Shown in pieces: positions 1 through 7,550 of a DNA stretch of 13,760 bases (the first letter of the stretch is position 1; each line of letters starts with the position of its first letter). This stretch comes from an uncultured archaeon (GTDB lineage: Archaea; Asgardarchaeota; Jordiarchaeia; Jordiarchaeales; Jordiarchaeaceae), in NCBI GenBank assembly GCA_964510585.1, contig CAZECW010000043.1, positions 1-13,760 of the forward strand, given 5' to 3'. The notes under the pieces were generated by a model. The model did not search any database. It was given only the letters and a program-made list of their open reading frames with translations, and was not told the DNA's origin. Made by a program: the position numbers and the translations under genes.

Positions 1-860
1 GTGCTTGTTCCCATTCTCGTCGAGGTACCAGAAGGTTACGTGCCCAACCGTCGTAGCCCTCGATCCTACTTTCGGCGATTGCGGGATGTCGAATGGATGT
101 ACCTGCCTATGTATTTGATCATTTCCCTGCGGTTGTTTATCGTGTCCTCAAGCTCTCACGTAGAAACCCTTGGGATACTCGTGGAAGAGGCGGTGGATGA
201 GTGAACGGTCCTCGCGAGTGTCGTCGACGCGATCCTTCAAGTTTGTGAGCAGATGATACTTACTGCCAGGCCCTTTACGCAGCATCCTGTAGGGGGGAAG
301 ACTTTCATATCCATCCATTCGCCATTTTGTTTGAATCCCCCTCGGTCACCAGGGTGTGGATGTGTGGGTTCCACTTCATGTCTTTGCCGTAGGTGTGGAG
401 CACTGCTATCACGCCGGGGGGTTACCTCTTTTCCCAAGGTTCATTCAGTCACTTGGGTGATGGCGAGGATGGCGCAGTCCATGAGGACCTTCAGGAGCTT
501 TGTGGTTGGCCTAAAAACAGTGGTCTTTAGCTCATCTTGAATCGTCAGCACTATGTGGTGGTGTTTGACTTTGAAGGTCTTCCTAATTGTGGTCGGTCCA
601 CTTGTTGGTGAAAATCCTGCTGCAGTGGATGCAGATTCTTTATTGAGTTGCATCCATGGTAGAGGGTCTTCTCTGATCCACACTTGGGGCAGCGGAACAT
701 TTTGAATCTCTTCTTCCCGCATTTGAGCATCTTTTGGTCTTCCTTCACCTCGACTTCCCTTGGGTTCTATTCTGTGCTTCAGCTTGTATGTGTCCCAGTT
801 GTGGTTGTTGGAGGAGATGTGGTTTATTGTGATCCTTTTGTTGGGCTTGTTTTCAAGCCG
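1..860 (-). pseudogene. IS91-family (HUH/Y2 rolling-circle) transposase pseudogene, multiple frameshifts, runs off the left edge of the window
   Basis: Stitching minus-strand frames gives, in order: KMLKCG..FRCPKCG..GCNS(R)ICIHC (IS91 N-terminal Zn-binding domain), VKHHHIVLTIQDEL, PGVIAVLHTYGKDMKWNPHIHTLVTEG (HUH motif HIH), AWQYHLL, FHEYPKGFYVRA, MIKYIGRYI(R)HPAIAESRIEGYDG..VTFWYLDENG (YxxxY catalytic tyrosines). At least eight indels or stops break the frame. The 5' boundary is approximate. Confidence 0.9.
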
Positions 861-1245
861 GTTCTGGGTCTAATTGCTTTTTGCACACGAAAATCTGGTT
901 CACTTGTATCGATTTAAGGAGTGTGGTGGCCCGAAACGTATACTTCCCGTTTACGGTAAAAAACCTTAACCGAAAAATATCCCAAAAATTCTGCGGATCT
1001 ATCGCCCGTAGGGCGCTGAGGAACGAACACCCATACGCTGGCGACGAGCCTGACGCTGTCAAAGCTGGTTGGACTGAGCCAACCGAAGTTCCGAATGGAA
1101 AGGCCGTATGGAAAAATACATATTTCCAGAGGCGGTTAAAAAGGCTCCCAAAGAAGGCATCGATTTGAGTAAAAAGCGGAGCCCAGGTTTGTGGCTGCGG
1201 TTCTGGTGGCTGATCACCAGCCAAAACCAGTTTTGAACGCACGTT

Positions 1246-2085
1246 TCATTTCCAAATACTGACGGTATCATATGTCACTGGGCTGCGATTTTTTGTACAT
1301 TCTGAGGGTTTTATTTTAAATTGTAGCTGACTAGCGGAAGTATCTATCCATCCGCTTTTTGTCCGATGGTTGCCGCTTTTTCTTTGGAGTTCTACACGAC
1401 CTATTAATAAACTTCCTCTTGGTGTTATTCTTACGTCGCCTTTACAGTAAATATCAAGCACATCTTTGGTGGGCAGAACATAATAATAAGCCAAGCCTTC
1501 TTGTCGCTTAACTATGATAAAAAATTCAATGTTTTCATCGCCGATAAATATGTCTTTTAGAATTTTCACTTTGTTTTCATTAAAGAATCTTATCATGTTT
1601 TCTATGGTTTGCTGTTCCATTTGATTTAGGAACGTTCTCCTTCCTTTGCTGAGTTTACCTGGTGACGTCCCTAAGAGTTCAGCCTCACTTTTGAGTTCTT
1701 CAATCGAAACAGGATTGCCCTTTACATCAACCTCACCAACAAACTTCTTTAAAGCTATGTATACATCTTTTGGTATTGACCATTTTTGGGCATAAAAATC
1801 TACATGCTTTCTTTCAACATGATTATAATCAAATCCGATATCAACATCAAATTCCTTTGCAGATATTAAGATACGTCTGCCGTTAGATGTTATGGCTATA
1901 TCTGCCTTTGCTCGAGGGGGACACTTGGATGCGGAGTATAACTCTAAACGTAAACCAGACAAATCTCCTATAGCTTTGATTATTTTCTTGCCAACTTCAT
2001 CATTGGTGTTTATTGCATTTATGATTCTATCTTCAGCTTTTAGGCCTCTTCTTGCTGCTTTCGAAGCCAACTTTTTATCCTCCAT
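1246..2085 (-). CDS. Type II restriction endonuclease, HinP1I/MspI-like family (279 aa)
   Basis: Colinear similarity to R.HinP1I as I recall it: ASKAARRGLKAE18DRI, KAD62I, ISAK77, YNHVERKHVDFYAQKW, LKKFVGEV, RRTFL, and the C-terminal ITPRGSLLIGRVELQRK...QLQFKIKPSE (HinP1I: LSPRGSINFGRVTIQRK...MLQFKIDPTE). Confidence 0.88.
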   Translation of the reverse strand: MEDKKLASKAARRGLKAEDRIINAINTNDEVGKKIIKAIGDLSGLRLELYSASKCPPRAKADIAITSNGRRILISAKEFDVDIGFDYNHVERKHVDFYAQKWSIPKDVYIALKKFVGEVDVKGNPVSIEELKSEAELLGTSPGKLSKGRRTFLNQMEQQTIENMIRFFNENKVKILKDIFIGDENIEFFIIVKRQEGLAYYYVLPTKDVLDIYCKGDVRITPRGSLLIGRVELQRKSGNHRTKSGWIDTSASQLQFKIKPSECTKNRSPVTYDTVSIWK

Positions 2086-2280
2086 CTATTGTTAATGCTT
2101 CTGAGATTATAGCGAGCACACTCTATAGGTTTATCGGTTGTCTCTAATTATCGTCTATAATATGGAGAGCATTTAATTTTGGTTCTGGATAATTATATCT
2201 TATTAATCATTCAAATATCGCACCGCTTCTTTGAATCAGTGCGTTTGCCTGTAAATCTTTTTAATGCCATGCCGTGATAA

Positions 2281-4431
2281 TTAGCAGCATAAAACGTTCT
2301 TAAGTAGAGAGTAGAGTTCACGCAGAATTGTTGAATCTTCAATTCCAATGATTTCAAACAAAGTTTTATCCATTTCTAATCTAAAGTCTTCCCACAGTTG
2401 AAACACTAGTGGCTCTAATTTTCTTTCAGCCATTTTATCTAGGTTATTGGCAAGCTCTTGCAGTGCATGTTTATCTAATAAGTTTACATTGATAACTGGC
2501 ATCCTTAGGTAGTCTTCCTCCAAGAATCGTGTCCATCTCTCGCTTATTTTCCTACTCGCAACAATGAAATATGCAATAAACAGTGAGCTATTGAACCATA
2601 ACGCTAAAGCTTTGTCCTTAAGATCATCATTAAATGTTGATATATAGAAATTTTTAGATGCTGTTAAGGGTTCTTGTGTGTAGCATGCAAAAACGCCACG
2701 TTTGCTGAAAGATGGGTCAATCTTGTCAGGTAAAAATATGCGCCCGAAAGGCTTTTTCACATTTATTTGCCTATTCACATGGCTATACCAATATCGTCCA
2801 AATGCTCTTACCGCTGGTTTTGCGGTGGAGTGTAGCTTCCCCCACCTGATATACTCAGCAATATCAGGAGGTAGTTCTGACTCATTTTTTGGAGGGATTG
2901 AAAAAAAGTAGTGCTTAACCAATGGGATAATACAGTCTACATATAGTTCTGGTTTTCTCAAAGCAGGAGTTATAAACTCTCTATCGATATGAAGCTCCAT
3001 TTCCGTATCGTTGTTTTTTATCAATATTTCCTCAGCATTCTCAGCAACAATTCTCCAATATTTATTTGGAATAAGGAAGAATTCGGGGCCATACATTTCA
3101 ATGCCTCGCACAATTCGTTTTTCGTTGAAAGCATCTGACCAAGTAGCCACCACGCCTCTTTTAGCTGCCTGTGCAAAGATCTTAGTTATCAGTTCTCTCA
3201 ATGGATTTTGACCAAAGAGGGTTAACCAATTCATGTGCCAAGGATATGGAACTTTTGAAATGTTGACCCAGTTTAGGCGGCTATTCGTTAACCTGGCCCC
3301 TTTAAATATATTAGAAAGTTCTTCTAATAGATTTAAATCGTAGGAGTCGATCGTTAAAAACGCTGTTTCAAAATCAGTTTTTCTTTTATTTGCTATTAAT
3401 ACCAGTTCTTTAAATCCGCTGTCGATTGAAAACGACGGTTCGAAAAAGTCCACCATAGCTTGGATCCAGTATTTATCCTTAAGCAGAGCTTTAGCCGCTT
3501 CACCATACAAAGTGTAAAATGTCGACACAGGAAGGACTGATACTAACAAACCATCTTCTTCCAAAAGATAGTCCATCAAAAAAAGCGATATTAATTGAAG
3601 ATTCTGTTGTCTTCTTTTAACATACTTATCGTATCCCAATTTTTGAACGAATTTAGTTAGGAAGACTCTATAGTCTTTATCAAGGATTTCCCACCTTGTA
3701 AACGGAGGATTTGTGAGAATCACATTAGCCTTAGGAACCATTTCTTTTGATAGCTCAGTATAAGACTCGGTATATGACAAGAGAGATTGTGATGTTGGCG
3801 TTTGATAAACCATTTTAAAGGCATCTCCAACGATTATCTTAGCCTTTTGGTATTCTCCTTTTAAAGCATGTGCCACTGCTGAATATGCTACCAATGCGGA
3901 GAGAGGATGAGGCTCAATCCCCCAGATTTTGTTGATATGTGATGGTGGAAGTTCTTTTATGGCTTCAGATAACGTTAATCCAGAACCAAGGAAAGGGTCT
4001 GACAGTATTAAGGGGCGTTCATATCTCTTCGCGTACTCTAAAGCAAGAAGTGCCATTAGTCTCAATCCGATTGGCTTAGTATAATAAGCTGCCAGCCTCT
4101 TTCTGTTAGCGGGAGCTATTAACCTCGCCACTTTGATCTGGCTTTCAAAAATATCTTCTAATGCTAACGTTTCCTGTTTGTGGGTCACAAGTTCTTCTAG
4201 CACGAAGATATCCTTCTGAGGCAGCGATGCAAGCGACTTTAAAGGAGCGAAATTTGTTAACTTAATTAGAGTCGAAATATCCGGCATATTTGTTGATTTA
4301 AGAATAGCTGCCAAGGAAGTGACGATAATTTCTAAGGCTGCAGCTGAATCTATGACGTCCCTCACTTTAAGAATGGCCAATAAGCGTTTTATTAACTCTT
4401 TATTTTTTATCTCTTTAAACATTTTCAGCAT
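2281..4431 (-). CDS. Gamma-class amino (N6-adenine or N4-cytosine) DNA methyltransferase with C-terminal target-recognition domain (716 aa)
   Basis: Motif order X (AAYYTKP), I (DPFLGSG), II (WGIE), III (IIVGDAF), IV (ILTNPPF), then DGLLVSVLP. The long C-terminal region resembles TaqI/Eco57I-type TRDs (KALALWFNSSL...YLRMPVI). No fused nuclease domain is apparent. Confidence 0.9.
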   Translation of the reverse strand: MLKMFKEIKNKELIKRLLAILKVRDVIDSAAALEIIVTSLAAILKSTNMPDISTLIKLTNFAPLKSLASLPQKDIFVLEELVTHKQETLALEDIFESQIKVARLIAPANRKRLAAYYTKPIGLRLMALLALEYAKRYERPLILSDPFLGSGLTLSEAIKELPPSHINKIWGIEPHPLSALVAYSAVAHALKGEYQKAKIIVGDAFKMVYQTPTSQSLLSYTESYTELSKEMVPKANVILTNPPFTRWEILDKDYRVFLTKFVQKLGYDKYVKRRQQNLQLISLFLMDYLLEEDGLLVSVLPVSTFYTLYGEAAKALLKDKYWIQAMVDFFEPSFSIDSGFKELVLIANKRKTDFETAFLTIDSYDLNLLEELSNIFKGARLTNSRLNWVNISKVPYPWHMNWLTLFGQNPLRELITKIFAQAAKRGVVATWSDAFNEKRIVRGIEMYGPEFFLIPNKYWRIVAENAEEILIKNNDTEMELHIDREFITPALRKPELYVDCIIPLVKHYFFSIPPKNESELPPDIAEYIRWGKLHSTAKPAVRAFGRYWYSHVNRQINVKKPFGRIFLPDKIDPSFSKRGVFACYTQEPLTASKNFYISTFNDDLKDKALALWFNSSLFIAYFIVASRKISERWTRFLEEDYLRMPVINVNLLDKHALQELANNLDKMAERKLEPLVFQLWEDFRLEMDKTLFEIIGIEDSTILRELYSLLKNVLCC

Positions 4432-4461
4432 CCTATTTTTTATATAATTCTCTGGGCGTAC

Positions 4462-4477
4462 AAAAGTTTTTAGTGCA
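4462..4477 (-). promoter_or_regulatory. Repeated 16-bp motif TGCACTAAAAACTTTT (BRE/TATA-like), copy 1, upstream of the MTase
   Basis: Minus strand reads TGCACTAAAAACTTTTGTACGCCC. The 16-mer ends 30 nt before the MTase ATG at 4431, a spacing compatible with an archaeal BRE-TATA promoter. It is identical over 16 bp to the copy at 13384-13399. Confidence 0.6.
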
Positions 4478-4558
4478 TTTTTAAACAGAAAGATTGGAGT
4501 AGTGCTTCAGCGCAACACACCAAACGCTTTTACTGTATGTATTCAATTTTGACCAATT

Positions 4559-5065
4559 TTAGGTCGTAATAATTTCTACAAAATTTTTGAAGGTTTCGGA
4601 CTTTTCTATAGCTTTTTTGATATCCACCTCTTCCTTTGCTAATCTTTTGTAGATTTCGGGACTTTTAATGTATTGTTTGCCCCTTTTCTGCATTAGTTCC
4701 CTAAGTTCCCCTTCTGGATTTATTATTTCCTCTGGATTGTTTACAGAGAGCCCTGCAAGGATCCACGACTCTACACTTCTTTTTACAGCGATTACCTGTG
4801 ACTGTAATATTTGACTTTCTAGTTGCCTGACTTTTCTTGTTATTTTGTTTATGAGGGCGGTTGTATCTCTACCCGCTCTATGGAGATCTTTAAGTATTAT
4901 GGCTTTATCAAATTCCCCCGTTAGAGCTTTTAGAAGGCGGCTTACCTTTTCTGGTCTATTCCCTCTCATAGGGTGTACTTTACATTTAACCTGGAGTTTT
5001 TCGACAATGCCTTCAACGAAACCTCTGTCGGTTAAGCCTTCAACTATTATTAAGGTGCTGTTCAT
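4559..5065 (-). CDS. Small TOPRIM-fold protein (DUF4276/DUF4435/OLD-TOPRIM-like putative nuclease), 168 aa
   Basis: N-terminal IIVEGLTD TOPRIM motif, ILKDLH (DxH at the DxD position) and SVESWILAG. The preferred start ATG at 5065 overlaps the ATPase stop as ATGA (5062-5065), indicating translational coupling. The ORF track start at 5095 is probably too long. Confidence 0.8.
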   Translation of the reverse strand: MNSTLIIVEGLTDRGFVEGIVEKLQVKCKVHPMRGNRPEKVSRLLKALTGEFDKAIILKDLHRAGRDTTALINKITRKVRQLESQILQSQVIAVKRSVESWILAGLSVNNPEEIINPEGELRELMQKRGKQYIKSPEIYKRLAKEEVDIKKAIEKSETFKNFVEIITT

Positions 5066-6174
5066 GGCGTTCCACCGACTATCCCAGATAACCATGCTTC
5101 GCCTAGGGTGCCTCCTTCCTCCAAAAACCGCTTTACGCGCTCCATCTCACTAGTGGTGGACAACTTTTTCACTTTGGTTTCCAAGTCTTCTTTTCCTACC
5201 AAGTAAACTTCTTCTGGTCTGACGTAATCCAGCAGATATGGTGAATGTGTCATTATAACAACTTGGGATGGGGAATCCCTAGCTAGGCTCATCAAAGTCT
5301 CAAGCAAATAAGGATGTATACAGTTCTCAGGCTCCTCCAAAACCACAAGACTGAAACCACCGTATAAAGCGGAGATTATGGCAAGAATACGCAAAGTACC
5401 ATCAGAAATATTATGAGGCTCTAGAGGCTCATCTAAACCTTTAATTTTAATCCATATCTCAACGCTAGTTCCTTCTATGTGTGGGATAATCTCCTCAACT
5501 TCGGGAATCATGCTACGCAATGTTTCTTCGATGCGTCCAAAATCCTTTCGCCTCTCAGTATAAAGATAAAGCAAATAACGAGCCAAATTTTCACCATGGT
5601 ACTTCAGGAAAGGTTGTTCGGCAACAGAATTTTCAAGCCGAAGAATATCTGGAGCAAATGAATGAACAGAAATCTTTCCTATACTAGAGGCCAAATGATA
5701 AATTTCTGCTTCCATATCTGAAGGTAGAGAAGTTAATACGCTTTTAGAAGTCATTCTACCATAATAAGCTTGTCCACCCCCGGAAATTAAACCCCCTCTT
5801 GTCTCACCCTTAATACGAACACCGTACTCACTGCCATCATGAGTTATAACTGGTTCATTAGCCATTAATATTTGTTCAAAATATCTTTCATTAGTCAATT
5901 CTAGCCTGTATCCATACTTAGTACTTCCAATAAGCATTTCCAACACAATATGTACTCCTACGGCAGGGTTAAAATTAAAAGATAAGTCCCTCAAGCGTTT
6001 ATAGCCTTCCAAAGCGGGTATCCCCTCTTTTGCATGTTTTGCTACCAATCGAAAAACCTTTGCAATGTTGCTTTTGCCGCTGGCATTCGGCCCTATGAAA
6101 ACATTTACTTTTCCCAGTTCTATATCAACATTCTTGAGGCTTAGAAAGTTTTTAACATGAAGTCGTGTAAACAT
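5062..6174 (-). CDS. ABC-superfamily ATPase (AAA_15/AAA_21, OLD/AriA-like), about 370 aa
   Basis: Starts MFTRLHVKNFLSLKNV, a typical N-terminus for this family. Walker A GPNASGKS, signature ISDGT, Walker B/D-loop VVLEEPENCIHP, H-loop MTHSPY, conserved C-terminal LGEAWLSG. Confidence 0.9.
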   Translation of the reverse strand: MFTRLHVKNFLSLKNVDIELGKVNVFIGPNASGKSNIAKVFRLVAKHAKEGIPALEGYKRLRDLSFNFNPAVGVHIVLEMLIGSTKYGYRLELTNERYFEQILMANEPVITHDGSEYGVRIKGETRGGLISGGGQAYYGRMTSKSVLTSLPSDMEAEIYHLASSIGKISVHSFAPDILRLENSVAEQPFLKYHGENLARYLLYLYTERRKDFGRIEETLRSMIPEVEEIIPHIEGTSVEIWIKIKGLDEPLEPHNISDGTLRILAIISALYGGFSLVVLEEPENCIHPYLLETLMSLARDSPSQVVIMTHSPYLLDYVRPEEVYLVGKEDLETKVKKLSTTSEMERVKRFLEEGGTLGEAWLSGIVGGTP

Positions 6175-6382
6175 GGTTTTGACAAACTCCGTGCATTTAA
6201 CTTTTAAAACACCCAATTTAAACATTGTTACTAAACATTACAACACTCAAATCGATTTTTTGTTTGAGTCATGAGCTGGACTGTACATGAACCGATAGAT
6301 TAACCCATGTGGATACAACTTCTTATTTTTGCGCACCTATACAATTACTCTTCCAATAATTTTTCTAGATTATTCGAGCATA

Positions 6383-6398
6383 AAAAGCTTTTAGTGCA
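6383..6398 (-). promoter_or_regulatory. Repeated 16-bp motif, copy 2 (TGCACTAAAAGCTTTT), upstream of the ATPase-TOPRIM pair
   Basis: 15/16 match to copies 1 and 3. It is followed by TAT, giving a TATA-like TTTTTAT. It lies about 200 nt upstream of the preferred ATPase start, in the gap after the radical SAM gene. Confidence 0.5.
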
Positions 6399-6488
6399 CT
6401 TTGGATATTAGATTATCAACTAACCTTTGTACGGCTTGCCTCAAAGCTAGGGAGGCAGAAATCTCTAAACTCCTACTTTTAGTGTTTC

Positions 6489-7550
6489 CTACAGTATACA
6501 GTTGCATGAGACTAGTTCCCAGACGCCGCTTGTGCCAGGGGGATTCAGTAATCCTTTACTGACCAGCTTCTGCCACATGTCTGATGTCTCCTTGCAAAGG
6601 GCTATGTGTTTCTCATATCCGTTTTCTCTAAGTTTCTTTATAATGTGAGTGTATATTTCGATTCTTAACTCCGTGTTTAACTTGAGTCCCCACCCAGTTT
6701 TTTCACTTTTATCAAGATACTTAAGCCACTCCCTATCTTTTATAAACCTCAACGTTTTTGTTAACCCTCTCAAACTTCCAATAGTTATTCTTTCAGGTTT
6801 TAAACCATATTCCTTAAGCATCATTTTTATGAGTACAGCGTAGTCTATTCTCCAGCCATCAATGGGAATTATGGGATCTAAGCGAATCCTAAATGTGAAT
6901 CCTTTTCCTTGGAGAAGCTTAGATGCTTCTAAACGCTCATTTGGAGGCGCTGCTCCCTTTTCGTAGAGTTGGGAAACTCTAGGAGGGTTAACCGAAAATG
7001 CGATTATGAAGAATTCATTTAAGCCTTTATCTTCCAGAAGTGGGGCTACGTGGCGGACACCACCCTTTGTCAGCAGTAGAATCTTATGGTTTGGATGACA
7101 CTCTAGCACCGGTAGTACAGCTTCAATCAGTGCTCGGGTCCAGTCTGGCATAGCTAAACTGTCAGTTAGCTCACCAGCATTTAGCAGAACCCTTAATCCT
7201 TGACTGTCAGCCCACCCCAGAAACTGATCAAGAATCCTAGAAGCATCCGCTAAATTCTTCATTTTTGGAGCCTTATTACCAAAAAAAGTCCCATTAAGAT
7301 AGCAGTAGCTACAGTTAAACGGGCAACCTATGAGTGGCTTAAATTCCCAGAAATGAGGACAAACAATATCCCCAGCCGGCTTACTAAACAAAGCAATAAA
7401 GCTAGAATAAAAAAACCTTCTAGGAACACTAACTTCCATATAAGCACCTTTCTCCAACACTCCCTTGCCTTCACGCCCAAAGTAAGAATGTAAGCTAGAT
7501 GCATCCCTAACCAACTCGTCCCTACGAACATAATAGTGTGCAACACTCAA
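6489..7550 (-). CDS. Spore photoproduct lyase (SplB)-like radical SAM protein (353 aa, TTG start)
   Basis: CxxxCxxC motif GCPFNCSYCYL, followed by AGELTDSLA, LLLTK, AFSVNP...YEKGAAPPNERLEA, RLDPIIP..GW, ITIGSLR and ALCKE, colinear with the SPL fold. Confidence 0.88.
   Translation of the reverse strand: MSVAHYYVRRDELVRDASSLHSYFGREGKGVLEKGAYMEVSVPRRFFYSSFIALFSKPAGDIVCPHFWEFKPLIGCPFNCSYCYLNGTFFGNKAPKMKNLADASRILDQFLGWADSQGLRVLLNAGELTDSLAMPDWTRALIEAVLPVLECHPNHKILLLTKGGVRHVAPLLEDKGLNEFFIIAFSVNPPRVSQLYEKGAAPPNERLEASKLLQGKGFTFRIRLDPIIPIDGWRIDYAVLIKMMLKEYGLKPERITIGSLRGLTKTLRFIKDREWLKYLDKSEKTGWGLKLNTELRIEIYTHIIKKLRENGYEKHIALCKETSDMWQKLVSKGLLNPPGTSGVWELVSCNCIL

Noticed and set aside
1-917. ORF-track calls 1..204, 237..437, 253..540, 441..722, 551..748 and 684..917 as separate genes
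   Set aside because: The minus-strand ones are frameshifted pieces of the single IS91-like transposase, and the plus-strand ones are its antisense shadows.
900-1240. Possible tRNA, RNase P RNA or group II intron domain V (CTGAGGAAC and GCCGTATG caught the eye)
   Set aside because: No cloverleaf or T-loop GTTCRA context, no GAGGAAAGTCC or terminal AACAGAA-type RNase P motifs, and no complete domain V helix.
853-1271. ORFs 853..1242 (-), 881..1168 (+) and 1059..1271 (-)
   Set aside because: They overlap one another and I recognise no motif. At most the plus-strand frames are a decayed fragment, noted under findings.
2901-2907. A7 run inside the MTase as a phase-variation tract
   Set aside because: Too short and unremarkable in an AT-rich gene; the frame is intact.
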